A stretch of DNA of 64,000 nucleotides from an uncultured Pelagibacteraceae bacterium (GCA_902544065.1 CACCAS010000001.1:151088-215087), one strand, 5' to 3'. Positions 24,984-34,922 are shown, counted from the first letter of the stretch. The notes: generated by a model from the letters alone, not told the origin. A program made the numbers and translations.

Positions 24984-25992
24984 AATCGATTAAGCCATCC
25001 GCTTTTAACATTTCAATATATTTATCCATCAACACCATGCCATCACTTGACCCAGTCTGCATAACAGTAGGTATTTGGAATACTTTATCTTCTCTTATTA
25101 AATTTTGGATCGCAGCATTGTTTACCATAATTTCAAAAGCTGCCACGCGCCCATCACCATTCTTATTCAGAAGAAGTTTTTGGGTAATAACAGCTTTTAA
25201 CGAAAGAGCTAACTGTGATCTAATTTGTCTTTGTTGTTCTCCTGGGAATACATCAATTATTCTATTTATGGTATTAGGAGCTCCACTTGTATGCAATGTG
25301 GCAAGAACTAAATGTCCGGTTTCTGCAGCTGTTAGTGCAAGCTGAATAGTTTCAAGATCTCTTAACTCTCCAACCAAAATAATATCTGGATCGCCCCTTA
25401 AGGCCGCTCGCAATGCCTCTGCGAAAGAATTTGCATGGGATCCTATTTCTCTTTGCGAGATAATACATTTATTTTCGATGTGTAAATATTCTATAGGGTC
25501 TTCAATTGTTATAATCTTTTTATTTTCGTTTTTGTTATAGTAATCAATCATTGCTGCTAAACTTGTTGTCTTTCCCGCCCCTGTTTCACCAGTTATCAGA
25601 ATGAGACCGTTTTTTCTTTCCAACAAATTTTGAAGGACTGGTGGAAAATTTATTTGATCAAAAGTTAGGAGTGTTTTTGGTAATATACGTAAAACAATAT
25701 TTGTACCATCAACAGAGTGAAACGCATTTCCCCTAATTCTGAAATCCTCAATGCTAAGACTAAAATCAACATTTCTATGTTGTTCTAGTGTTTCAACTAG
25801 TTTCTGATTGAGGATTAATTTTAGTATTTCATCAACCTGAGAGCCAGTAGTAATAAGTTCATCTTTTCGAACAATTTTACCATTTATTCTTACGGCAACG
25901 GGTTTATTAGAGGATATATGAATATCTGATACACCCCCAATTTTTGCAAGATTTTTTATAACTTCATCCATAAGACTGCATACATAATACAT
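24970..25992 (-). CDS. pilT: Twitching-motility retraction ATPase PilT
   Basis: 340 aa. Walker A GLILITGETGAGKTTSLAAM, ILVGELRDLETI, GHLVLATLHTSGAPNTINRIIDVF, and the PilT-type AIQNLIRE motif. The true start may be the internal Met 7 codons downstream (MDEVIKNL). Confidence 0.88.
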   Translation of the reverse strand: MYYVCSLMDEVIKNLAKIGGVSDIHISSNKPVAVRINGKIVRKDELITTGSQVDEILKLILNQKLVETLEQHRNVDFSLSIEDFRIRGNAFHSVDGTNIVLRILPKTLLTFDQINFPPVLQNLLERKNGLILITGETGAGKTTSLAAMIDYYNKNENKKIITIEDPIEYLHIENKCIISQREIGSHANSFAEALRAALRGDPDIILVGELRDLETIQLALTAAETGHLVLATLHTSGAPNTINRIIDVFPGEQQRQIRSQLALSLKAVITQKLLLNKNGDGRVAAFEIMVNNAAIQNLIREDKVFQIPTVMQTGSSDGMVLMDKYIEMLKADGLIDYDAS

Positions 25993-26078
25993 TTATCATC
26001 TAATTTTACCATTGTAAGTACGACTAAAAAAATGTTTAATATTCGATACTTGTATCTGAAATTTAAAGACATTACTTA

Positions 26079-27848
26079 ATGGCTAAATCAAACTTTAATA
26101 CTGGTATAGGGGCAAAGATGAAAAATTTATTTAGCTCAGCTAATCTTAAATTAAGCTCCTCAAAAAAAAGTTCTTTCAGTTCAAATTCTTCTACCTCGTC
26201 TGGTATTGTAGCCAAATTATCAAATTCAATTATTTCAATGCTGAGCGAATACTCCGTTCAACAAGAAGAAGTAGTAGGTATCGACATTACACCAAACTCA
26301 ATAAAACTTGCTCAATTGGCAAAAAAAGATGAAAAGTGGATTGTAGAAAAGTTATCATATAGAAAGTTAGATAGAGTAGAAGATATAAAAAATAGCGCGG
26401 CTAAAATTTCTGAAGAAATAGAAATAGCCTACAAAGCGAGCAAGTTTTCAACATCAAATGCAGCGGTATCATTGCCAGTTTCTAGCTCAATAGTAAAAGT
26501 TATCACCATGCCTTTAATGACAGAAATTGAAATGAAAAAGGCTATAGAATACGACTCGTTGTGGGAAAATCTAACTCAACTTCCTGATGCTCTAGAGGAA
26601 TATTCAATATTTCACCAAACCATAAGAAAAGACAGTGCTCAGAACTTAATGGATGTATTATTCGTTGCATCTAAATTAACGGATGTAAACCAATACATAG
26701 ACATCGTTAAAAATGCAAAAATGATTCCAGTTGTTATGGATGTAAGATGTTTTGCATTAAGAAACGCATTTGAGACAAAAAATATGTCAGAAATGACAAA
26801 AGCTCCACTTGCGATTTTAGAGATGGGAATGTATGAAAATTATCTTTTAATTTTAAAAGATGAAGTACCCTTTGTAAGCGATATATTTGTCAGTGCAAAA
26901 GATAAGGAATTATTAGGATCTGAGCAAACTGATGATAGTCTCCAGCCGATTATAGATAGATTTACGATGCAAATTAAGCAAAATGTAGACTCTTATGTGT
27001 CAAGATTTAAGTCTGAAAAAATTGAAAACTTATTTCTGGTGTCAAATTCTCCAAGTGTTTATCAAATAGCGGATATTTTTACTAAGAAATTTAAAAACAT
27101 GACGGTGGTCGTACTTGATCCATTTAATGCGATGAGCGTTCCTGACCAAATAAGTGAAAAGCTTGTTGCTGAGTCAAACAATTCTTCATTTACTGCAGTT
27201 GTTGGGCTTGCAACAAGAAAACTAGATATATTTGGTTATTATCAAAAAGTAACCGGTGTCAATAATATTAATTTACTGCCTAATAGAGAAAATGTAAGGA
27301 AATCTCAACGAACAAAATTATTTTCAGGGTTTATTTTGGCATCGATTATTGGGATTTTGATTATTGTCTCGCTAGCTATTGGAATAAGTTTTTTTTCTAA
27401 ATCATCTGAAAACAGTCAAAACCTGATTAATTATTCTCAAATTGAAACGCAGCTAGATGGATTACAACTAAAAATGATGAAGTTAAAAAATGAAAATAAA
27501 AATATTATCGAGGGCTTAAGGCTATCTGAAACTGCGACAACTAATCAAGATACGGCAGCCAAAGTTCTTATTGAGCTTGCAGGGAATGCAGGCTTAAATA
27601 TTGCTTTAACTAAAATTTCATTCGATGGAAATATTACATACTTTATTGAAGGTGAGGCGCTATCTGATAGCGATGTAATAAATTATTTATCAAAAATCAG
27701 AGAAATAGATATCTTTGATTCAGTGATTTTGGAAAAATCATTTATTGCTGTAGAAGGCTCTAACATAAAGTCTTTTTTAATAAAGATAGAAGTTAAATAT
27801 GAATTTATGTCTCGTAAAAATTTAGAGAGCGCCATAGGAGGAGATTAA
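26079..27848 (+). CDS. PilM-PilN fusion protein (actin-like PilM domain + TM + PilN domain)
   Basis: 589 aa. The PilM-like part is VVGIDITPNSIKLAQL...VMDVRCFALRNAF. From nt 27267 the PilN signature INLLPNRE is followed by a TM (FSGFILASIIGILIIVSLAIGISFF) and a periplasmic domain. A Ser-rich N-terminal extension precedes PilM. Confidence 0.75.
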   Translation: MAKSNFNTGIGAKMKNLFSSANLKLSSSKKSSFSSNSSTSSGIVAKLSNSIISMLSEYSVQQEEVVGIDITPNSIKLAQLAKKDEKWIVEKLSYRKLDRVEDIKNSAAKISEEIEIAYKASKFSTSNAAVSLPVSSSIVKVITMPLMTEIEMKKAIEYDSLWENLTQLPDALEEYSIFHQTIRKDSAQNLMDVLFVASKLTDVNQYIDIVKNAKMIPVVMDVRCFALRNAFETKNMSEMTKAPLAILEMGMYENYLLILKDEVPFVSDIFVSAKDKELLGSEQTDDSLQPIIDRFTMQIKQNVDSYVSRFKSEKIENLFLVSNSPSVYQIADIFTKKFKNMTVVVLDPFNAMSVPDQISEKLVAESNNSSFTAVVGLATRKLDIFGYYQKVTGVNNINLLPNRENVRKSQRTKLFSGFILASIIGILIIVSLAIGISFFSKSSENSQNLINYSQIETQLDGLQLKMMKLKNENKNIIEGLRLSETATTNQDTAAKVLIELAGNAGLNIALTKISFDGNITYFIEGEALSDSDVINYLSKIREIDIFDSVILEKSFIAVEGSNIKSFLIKIEVKYEFMSRKNLESAIGGD

Positions 27849-27850
27849 TT

Positions 27851-28621
27851 ATGGCATCACTACTTGAAATGGATATTAAAGATCTCTTCTCTAGAAATAA
27901 AAAAGATGGATCTAATAAAAACCCTAATAAAAATAGCCCAATCGACCGAACGGTAATCAACAGAATTATAATTGGTCTTATTGCGATTTCTATAGTTGCT
28001 AGTTTTTATATTTTTTATATAAACCCATCTCTTAAAAAACAAGAAAAACAAATTTTGCAGGTTGAAAAGTGGAATAAGCAAATTCAAAGCTGTATAGTGG
28101 AGATTAAAAGCCTCAATCAAAGTATCGACGAGTTAAATAAAGAAAGTAATCTAAAAGGTGTTTTGTTTGTGAGTGATAACGAGTTTGAAAACTTTTATGC
28201 TGAATTGACTGAGGCTACCATCAGAAATGGGCTAAGAATTATTAATATAACCCGTGGTGATGAAATACCAGTAAGATTATCGGATGAAAACCAAACAAAT
28301 TCATCATATAATTATGAGCCTGCTAGCACCTCTATTCCTTGTGAAGAGGGTTCCAAATATGAGGGAATTTCCTCGAATTCAGAGAGTTTTCAGCCAGATC
28401 CAAATTGCCAAGGTGACGAATGTAAACCAATTGCTTATTACAAGATGACTGTATCATATGAAATTGAAGGTGGATTTTCAAATTATGTCAATTTCAGGAA
28501 TGTGTTAGCAAATAAATCTAAAATCGTTAACATAGAACAAGAAAGTATAACAAAGAGTGAGGGATCAGCTGGTCTAATTTCAGCCACAGCGACAGTTTCA
28601 CTTGTTAAAAATAGGGATTAA
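27851..28621 (+). CDS. pilO: PilO-like alignment-complex protein
   Basis: 256 aa with a TM (IIIGLIAISIVASFYIFYI), then a coiled coil and a C-terminal domain. It sits between pilMN and pilP. It carries an extra Cys-containing insert. Confidence 0.6.
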   Translation: MASLLEMDIKDLFSRNKKDGSNKNPNKNSPIDRTVINRIIIGLIAISIVASFYIFYINPSLKKQEKQILQVEKWNKQIQSCIVEIKSLNQSIDELNKESNLKGVLFVSDNEFENFYAELTEATIRNGLRIINITRGDEIPVRLSDENQTNSSYNYEPASTSIPCEEGSKYEGISSNSESFQPDPNCQGDECKPIAYYKMTVSYEIEGGFSNYVNFRNVLANKSKIVNIEQESITKSEGSAGLISATATVSLVKNRD

Positions 28622-28625
28622 ATTT

Positions 28626-29033
28626 GTGAAATATAAATTTCTTTTAATAATTTTCTATCTAATAATTTGCATAAATACCGCAAAAGCGGAGGACCCATTT
28701 TCGCGTAGCTTTTCTACTCCTTCAACATTATCGAACGATATAGCAACTTTGGATGACTCAGGGGACGGTATCCATCCGATGATGAAATATCCAATATCTA
28801 AATATTTTTTGAAAGGGGTTATAGTTTCCTTAGAGGGATCTATCGCAGTAATGAGTATACCCGGTGGAAAAGATTATATTATGTTTCCTGGCGATCCAAT
28901 AGGTAACGATTTACATATTATAAAAACTATAAATCAAGATTTTATTACAGCAGGAAAGAATTCTTCTGAGGAAGAATTAACAATAGCTGTTTCGAATCCT
29001 ATTCTATCAACTTCCATGTCTGGTTTGAATTAG
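28626..29033 (+). CDS. pilP: PilP-like periplasmic protein
   Basis: Start moved to the in-frame GTG at 28626, giving signal peptide MKYKFLLIIFYLIICINTAKA|EDPF. It has the PilP-type DPF motif and a beta-domain (AVMSIPGGKDYIMFPGDPIG). It is directly upstream of pilQ. Confidence 0.6.
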   Translation: MKYKFLLIIFYLIICINTAKAEDPFSRSFSTPSTLSNDIATLDDSGDGIHPMMKYPISKYFLKGVIVSLEGSIAVMSIPGGKDYIMFPGDPIGNDLHIIKTINQDFITAGKNSSEEELTIAVSNPILSTSMSGLN

Positions 29034-29034
29034 A

Positions 29035-30615
29035 ATGCTTAAAAGAATAGAAAAGATATTTGTTACTTCATTTCTACTTATTATTCTATCTGCCTGTGCG
29101 TCTTCTAATGACATGAAGAAGCCATTTGATCCAAAAGATTTTGCAGAAAAACAAGAGTCAATAATTAATGATACAGCAGAACTAGGCCCACAATTGGGTA
29201 ATAAATTTTCGTCTAGTGAAGATAGAAGAATATATATTGATGAGAATATGGTTACTGATTATACAAAAATCATTAGCAAAAATTTTGCTGAAACTTTCCC
29301 TATTTCAATTAATTTTGACAACGTTGATATTAGAAGTGTCATGCAAACATTTTCTATTATCACTGGTAAAAATATTTTAGTTGGAGATGAAGTGCAGGGT
29401 TTAGTAAAAGCAAGAATTCTTAATGAAGATTGGGATGATGTTCTTGAGGCAATTTTAGAAATGAAGAATATTGCACTAACCCTAAGTCCAAATACCAATA
29501 TTGTAAGGATTCATTCCAAAGAGGTGATTTCTGCACAAGAAGAATATAATCGAAAGCGAAAAGCAGAAGTCAGACAAGCAATGGAATTAAGTAAGTCTAT
29601 TCAGCCTGTTAGATCAGAAATATTCAAATTATTTTACAGTGAACCATCAACAGTTAAAACTCAAATTGAAGACGTTCTATCAAATATGGATGCAACAGCG
29701 TCAGCTGGAGAAGACTCTGCCGGAGGGAGCTCAGGAGCAAGTGATAGAGTTAAAATTACAGTCGACGAAAGGCTTAGAGCGCTTATTGTTCTTGGTGTTA
29801 GAGAAGATTTGGATTTTATTGAAAAGTTAGTAAACGAAATAGATATACCTACAAAACAAATTTTGATTGAGGCTTTTGTTGTCACTGTCACTGATAGTTT
29901 TGAAAAGAATCTCGGCACACGATTAGGAATGTACTACGGTCCAAATGAAACTAATATTGCAAGTGGAGGCTTACTTAGTGCAGGAGGTACTATTGGTGGA
30001 CCCCCAACTACTACAACTGGAGTAAATACTCTTGGTACTTTTGGTACGCAGTCTGTCGGAACTATGGCTGAAAATACAATATCTTCTGCAACAGGAAGTA
30101 TAGGAATGATTTTAGATGCTTCAAAAATAGACTTGAATCTTGAATTACAAGCAATGGAGGCGGATTCAATATCAAAAGTCATAGCTAATCCAAAGATTTT
30201 TACGCTAGATAATCAAACTGCTAAAATTACTCAAGGAGTGCAAATACCTTACACATCCGCATCATCAAGTGGGACGCAAACACAATTTAAGGACGCTGCA
30301 TTAACTCTTGAAGTGACACCAAGTATTATTGGTGATGGTAATATCATAATGGATATATCAGTAAACAATGACTCTGTTACAGACGCAACAGCTTCTAATC
30401 CTCCAATCAGTAAAACTGCTGTGAATACAAAGCTTTTAATTGCTAATGAATCCATTGTAATAATTGGAGGTATATTCCAGGAAACAAGTTCTGACTCAAC
30501 ATCCAAGACACCAGGTTTAGGCGACATACCAGTTTTTGGTAGTTTATTTAAGATGCAAGGAGATAAAGATTTGTTTAATAGGGTTTTCATCTTCATAGCA
30601 CCAAAAATTTTATAG
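29035..30615 (+). CDS. pilQ: Type IV pilus secretin PilQ (with lipobox)
   Basis: 526 aa. The N-terminus FLLIILSAC|ASS is a lipoprotein signal. The secretin core is present (ISKVIANPKIFTLDNQTAKITQG, LTLEVTPSIIGDGNIIMDI, TPGLGDIPVFGSLFK). Confidence 0.88.
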   Translation: MLKRIEKIFVTSFLLIILSACASSNDMKKPFDPKDFAEKQESIINDTAELGPQLGNKFSSSEDRRIYIDENMVTDYTKIISKNFAETFPISINFDNVDIRSVMQTFSIITGKNILVGDEVQGLVKARILNEDWDDVLEAILEMKNIALTLSPNTNIVRIHSKEVISAQEEYNRKRKAEVRQAMELSKSIQPVRSEIFKLFYSEPSTVKTQIEDVLSNMDATASAGEDSAGGSSGASDRVKITVDERLRALIVLGVREDLDFIEKLVNEIDIPTKQILIEAFVVTVTDSFEKNLGTRLGMYYGPNETNIASGGLLSAGGTIGGPPTTTTGVNTLGTFGTQSVGTMAENTISSATGSIGMILDASKIDLNLELQAMEADSISKVIANPKIFTLDNQTAKITQGVQIPYTSASSSGTQTQFKDAALTLEVTPSIIGDGNIIMDISVNNDSVTDATASNPPISKTAVNTKLLIANESIVIIGGIFQETSSDSTSKTPGLGDIPVFGSLFKMQGDKDLFNRVFIFIAPKIL

Positions 30616-30617
30616 TT

Positions 30618-32327
30618 ATGAGTAGGTTAATAAGCGATGAAAGTGCTAGTGAATTAGCAATAATGGCAGTGTCCAAAGGACTGCTAGCAGAAGAAAAATT
30701 CTCACAGATGAAGGTTTTAAATAGAGAGTCGGGCCAATCGATGGTTTCGATAATGTTTGAGAAAGGCGTTATGGATGAGTTTTCTCTTGCACGCTTTGTG
30801 GCAGATAGTTATGGACTTAATTTCAGAGAAGTAGATCCTGAGCAGGTTTCAGCTGAAGCTCAGGCAAAATTAAGTGAAGAATATTTAAGAATTAATAATG
30901 TATGTCCGTTTGAAACAGATGGCTCAAGTCTAAAGGTCGCAATATGTGATCACTCAAAATTATCTCTAGAAAAAAATATAAGAGTTATAACAGGAATGAA
31001 TGTTGAGATGGTACTAGTAACGGTTAGTAATTTTGAAAAACTCCTAACAAAATATGGAATATCCCCAACAACTCAGGAAGTTGGAGTTCTTGGAACTTTA
31101 AAAAAAGCTAAAGACACTGATGAAGGAGATGCTGAGGTCGAGCAAATAACAGAGAGAGATAAAACTGCAGCTGAAATTTTTGTTACAGATATTCTTACCG
31201 AAGCTTATAAAAAGGGTGCAAGTGATATACATATAGAGTCATTCAGAAAATCAAAAAGACTTAGATATAGAATTGACGGCATCTTAATAAATCAAAAAAG
31301 TCGACAAGAAGAGATTAACGATCGATATCTTGCAGTAGTTTCAATCTTAAAACTTTTATCAGGAGCCCGTATTGAGGAAAGAAGATTACCTCAAGATGGA
31401 GCAATTAATTTTAATAATGGAGATATTGAATTTGACTTAAGAGTATCATTTCTTCCCGTACAAGGATTGGCTGAAAGAGTTGTTATGAGAATTTTACGTA
31501 AAGATGCAATACAACTAGATCTTGAAACCCTGGGATTCTCAAAAGCAGATTATTCGAAAATTGATGAAGCGATTCATGCTACGCAAGGTTTAATATTAGT
31601 GACGGGGCCTACAGGAAGTGGAAAGACTACCACTCTTTACTCAGTGCTAAACGAGCTCAATGATGAGAAAAAAAATATAATGACGGCCGAGGATCCAATT
31701 GAGTATGAGCTAGAGGGAATAAGTCAATCGCAAATGAAAAATGATATTAATTTTACATTTGCCGCAGCTCTTAGAACATTTCTACGACAAGATCCAGAAA
31801 TAATTTTAGTAGGTGAAATCAGAGATAAAGAAACAGGCAATATTGCTGTTGAAGCGGCATTAACTGGTCATTTAGTTTTAAGCACTTTACACACAAATGA
31901 CTCAGTAAATACAGTAACAAGGCTTGTCAATATGGGCATACCAAACTATTTAGTTTCCTCTTCCGTATCACTTGTAATCGCCCAGAGGCTAGCAAGAAAA
32001 AATTGTGAAAGTTGTAAGACGAAGGACACGGATGTAAAAACTCATACTCTTGAGCAATTGGGCATTAAAGAGAAAATTACCGTATACAAAGGTAAAGGCT
32101 GTTCTAAATGTAATAACACAGGATTTAAGGGTCGACGCGGTATTTATGAAATACTAAAAATAACTCCTAAAATTCAAGATGCAATTCTTAAAAATAAAAC
32201 TGCTCCTGAAATTATGGAAATTGCTAAATCAGAGGGGTACAGGCCCATGCAAGAAGTAGGAGCTGACTACTTAAAGTCAGGTGATCTTGCTTTTGAAGAA
32301 TTCCAAAGAACATTATTTGTAGGATAA
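30618..32327 (+). CDS. pilB: Type IV pilus extension ATPase PilB
   Basis: 569 aa. Walker A LVTGPTGSGKTTTLYS, ILVGEIRDKETG, GHLVLSTLHTND, and the tetracysteine motif CESC...CSKC. Confidence 0.92.
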   Translation: MSRLISDESASELAIMAVSKGLLAEEKFSQMKVLNRESGQSMVSIMFEKGVMDEFSLARFVADSYGLNFREVDPEQVSAEAQAKLSEEYLRINNVCPFETDGSSLKVAICDHSKLSLEKNIRVITGMNVEMVLVTVSNFEKLLTKYGISPTTQEVGVLGTLKKAKDTDEGDAEVEQITERDKTAAEIFVTDILTEAYKKGASDIHIESFRKSKRLRYRIDGILINQKSRQEEINDRYLAVVSILKLLSGARIEERRLPQDGAINFNNGDIEFDLRVSFLPVQGLAERVVMRILRKDAIQLDLETLGFSKADYSKIDEAIHATQGLILVTGPTGSGKTTTLYSVLNELNDEKKNIMTAEDPIEYELEGISQSQMKNDINFTFAAALRTFLRQDPEIILVGEIRDKETGNIAVEAALTGHLVLSTLHTNDSVNTVTRLVNMGIPNYLVSSSVSLVIAQRLARKNCESCKTKDTDVKTHTLEQLGIKEKITVYKGKGCSKCNNTGFKGRRGIYEILKITPKIQDAILKNKTAPEIMEIAKSEGYRPMQEVGADYLKSGDLAFEEFQRTLFVG

Positions 32328-32329
32328 AA

Positions 32330-33580
32330 ATGCCATCTTTTGAATATAAAGGTATTTCTGGTGAAAAAAATACATATGCTGACGGCATAATAGAAGCAAT
32401 CAATGAAGATGAAGCTGCTTACCGTCTCAGGCAAAAAAAAATAATCATAACTGCAATAAAAGAAGTAAAATCTAATAAAAAAAAAGTTAAGGACAAAGAT
32501 AACAAGTCTTCTTCATTATCTTTTTTAGACAGATTGGGATCAATTAAAACTAAAGAGATAGTTTTATTTACAAAAAAACTCTCAACTATGTCTAGAGCTG
32601 GACTAAACATTTTAGACACTCTTCAAATGGCAAGAGATCAAGTGAATGATAAGAAGTTGAAAGTTATTATTGAAACGATAACTCAGGATTTACAAGGAGG
32701 TACAGATATATCAGGTAGCTTTAAAAAGCATCCAAAAGTTTTTGATAATATTTATGTAAACATGATTAAGGCAGGTGAAACCAGTGGAAAACTAGATATC
32801 TTTCTAGACAAATTAGTTGGTATTTTAGAGAAAAGGGAAAAAATTAAGTCAAAAATTAAAAGCGCATTGATGTATCCTGCAATTATATTGTCAGTAGCAA
32901 CACTTGTAACGATATTTATGATATGGAAAGTAGTGCCTGTTTTTGAGAATATGTATGGAGGCATGGGCGTAGAATTGCCTGGTCCAACTTTATTTTTGAT
33001 TGGTGCTAATAAATTTATAACTGGGTCAGGAGGCATCATAACTTTACTAATAATATTTATGATTGTTTTTCTAAACTCATTCATGATTTCACGAAATGAA
33101 AGTTACAAAAGTATGATGGATAAGGCTATATTAAAGATTCCATTGTTTGGCAAAATAATAATACAAGCCACCATTGCTCGTATTGCACTAATTAAAGCAA
33201 ATTTATTTGCTGCTGGAGTTGATGTATTGGAAATTTTAGATATTGCAAAATCCTCTACTGGAAATGTTCATTTCGTTAAAGCACTAGAGCATGTAAAACG
33301 AGGTGTATTTTCAGGAGAAGACATGTCTAAGCTTATAGAGAAAGAGATAATATTCCCTCCAACATATTCACAATTAATTGCAGTTGGCGAAAAAACTGGA
33401 AATTTAGAAGAAATGTTCTCATCTATAGCTTCTTATTATGAAGAAGAATTTGATAACGTTGTCGATAATCTGTCAACAATGATTGAACCACTTTCCATGG
33501 TGATTATAGGAGCAATTGTTGGAACGTTGTTAATTTCTATGTATATGCCTATATTTAATGCCGGCTCTGTTGTGGGATAA
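32330..33580 (+). CDS. pilC: Type IV pilus platform protein PilC
   Basis: 416 aa, GspF/PilC family, with two repeats (AGETSGKLD, VGEKTGNLEEM) and three TM regions. Confidence 0.9.
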   Translation: MPSFEYKGISGEKNTYADGIIEAINEDEAAYRLRQKKIIITAIKEVKSNKKKVKDKDNKSSSLSFLDRLGSIKTKEIVLFTKKLSTMSRAGLNILDTLQMARDQVNDKKLKVIIETITQDLQGGTDISGSFKKHPKVFDNIYVNMIKAGETSGKLDIFLDKLVGILEKREKIKSKIKSALMYPAIILSVATLVTIFMIWKVVPVFENMYGGMGVELPGPTLFLIGANKFITGSGGIITLLIIFMIVFLNSFMISRNESYKSMMDKAILKIPLFGKIIIQATIARIALIKANLFAAGVDVLEILDIAKSSTGNVHFVKALEHVKRGVFSGEDMSKLIEKEIIFPPTYSQLIAVGEKTGNLEEMFSSIASYYEEEFDNVVDNLSTMIEPLSMVIIGAIVGTLLISMYMPIFNAGSVVG

Positions 33581-33814
33581 TTAAAAAATAGATAGATAAA
33601 AATAGGCTGACCACATTATCATCATAACTGCTGATAAAATTATTATTAATAGACCAGTGAGTGATTCATTATTGTATTTTGGGTTCAATGAATTTTTATT
33701 TGAGTTAACCCTTTCCCTCCATTCTTTTGGAAAAAGATGAAGCGTTGATGAGTAGATTAACAAAAAAATTACAAGAAGACTTATAACAATGCATATATAT
33801 AAAAATTCCATCAT
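33581..33814 (-). CDS. Small two-TM membrane protein, convergent with pilC
   Basis: 77 aa with hydrophobic helices at both ends. It abuts the pilC stop with no spacer. No family recognised. Confidence 0.4.
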   Translation of the reverse strand: MMEFLYICIVISLLVIFLLIYSSTLHLFPKEWRERVNSNKNSLNPKYNNESLTGLLIIILSAVMMIMWSAYFYLSIF

Positions 33815-33966
33815 AAACGTTAAAAATTTTCAATTATCGTATCGGAATTATGGCTTAAAACCTACTTATTTCAATTTATTATGTAATAAAAATAATATTG
33901 TAAAAATATCACAACAACAATAACATAATCACTCAAATATCTTAAACTAATAAAGGGTAGTCGTTT

Positions 33967-34440
33967 ATGAGTAAAAATAAAAAGAACGGTTTTACACTAA
34001 TCGAGCTATTAGTTGTTGTAGCTATTATAGGTGTTTTAGCAGCAGTAGGTGTAGTAGCATTCGGTGGATTCTTAGGTAATGCAAAAGTAAATTCAACAAA
34101 ATCTAACCATAAAGCGGTTGTAAGTTACTTGCAGGCTGAGTTTACTAAATGTTCGTTAGGTGAAACTTCACTCACTTACGACACTGCTAGTGGCACTACA
34201 ACCGAAGCATGTAGCAGCGGTCCAGCAAACCACCAGGCTAAAATAGTTGTTCACTTAAATCAATCTAGTTTTAAGAATCCATATACTCAGGGTGATGGAA
34301 TAGAGTCTGGAACTGGAACTACCGAAGGCGCTACTTATATAAGTTGCGCCACATCTTCAGGAGCAGCTGGCACTTGTACAATAAAAACAACTTTCGATGC
34401 TGCGGAAACGGCTTTAACAGACACTGTTTCTAAAGAATAA
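33967..34440 (+). CDS. pilA: Type IV pilin P9, candidate major pilin
   Basis: MSKNKKNG|FTLIELLVVVAIIGVLAAVGVVAFGGF. The C-domain is Thr/Ser/Gly/Ala-rich and ends DTVSKE like P1 and P4. It is monocistronic in appearance, with a 152-nt AT-rich upstream region and a strong hairpin downstream. Codon choice is AT-rich, unlike P1-P8. Confidence 0.8.
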   Translation: MSKNKKNGFTLIELLVVVAIIGVLAAVGVVAFGGFLGNAKVNSTKSNHKAVVSYLQAEFTKCSLGETSLTYDTASGTTTEACSSGPANHQAKIVVHLNQSSFKNPYTQGDGIESGTGTTEGATYISCATSSGAAGTCTIKTTFDAAETALTDTVSKE

Positions 34441-34447
34441 TTAATTT

Positions 34448-34481
34448 AAACACCTTTCATAAATTTTATGAAAGGTGTTTT
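34448..34481 (+). terminator. Rho-independent-type terminator after P9
   Basis: aaacacctttcata / tatgaaaggtgttt forms a perfect stem of about 13-14 bp around an A/T loop. It runs into TTTT and begins 8 nt after the P9 stop. Confidence 0.7.
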
Positions 34482-34487
34482 ATCATT

Positions 34488-34922
34488 ATGAATATAGGTT
34501 TTTCTCTAATTGAACTTCTAGTAACTTTGGCAATACTTGGAATCATTGCAGCTATAGGTATTGTTTCTTTTTCTGGCTTCGTCGGTAATGCTAAAGAAAA
34601 ACAGGCAACGACAGGACTGAGCTCAATTTATTTAGCACAGGAAGAATACAGATCATTATATGGATCATATTATCAGTCGAGTTCAAATTGTGGAGCTTCA
34701 AATAATCATAGCAGCAATATTAATACTAATTTATTTTCTGGGGATAAGACACTTGATGAAACATCTGAACGTAACTTCAATTTTTGTATCGAATATTTAA
34801 ATGGATCTTCATCTTCATTTCAAGCTAATGCATACGATCTAAGCTCTAATAATTACTTCACAATTACAAATGCCAACTTAAAAAGAAAGTTTAAAGATAA
34901 TACTTGGTCAGATGGATGGTAG
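34488..34922 (+). CDS. Type IV pilin-like protein P10 (divergent, PilE/minor-pilin-like)
   Basis: It has a short leader MNIG|FSLIELLVTLAILGIIAAIGIVSF. The alpha-helix continuation KEKQATTGLSSIYLAQEEYRSLYGSYY differs from the P1-P9/P11 family. Confidence 0.75.
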   Translation: MNIGFSLIELLVTLAILGIIAAIGIVSFSGFVGNAKEKQATTGLSSIYLAQEEYRSLYGSYYQSSSNCGASNNHSSNINTNLFSGDKTLDETSERNFNFCIEYLNGSSSSFQANAYDLSSNNYFTITNANLKRKFKDNTWSDGW

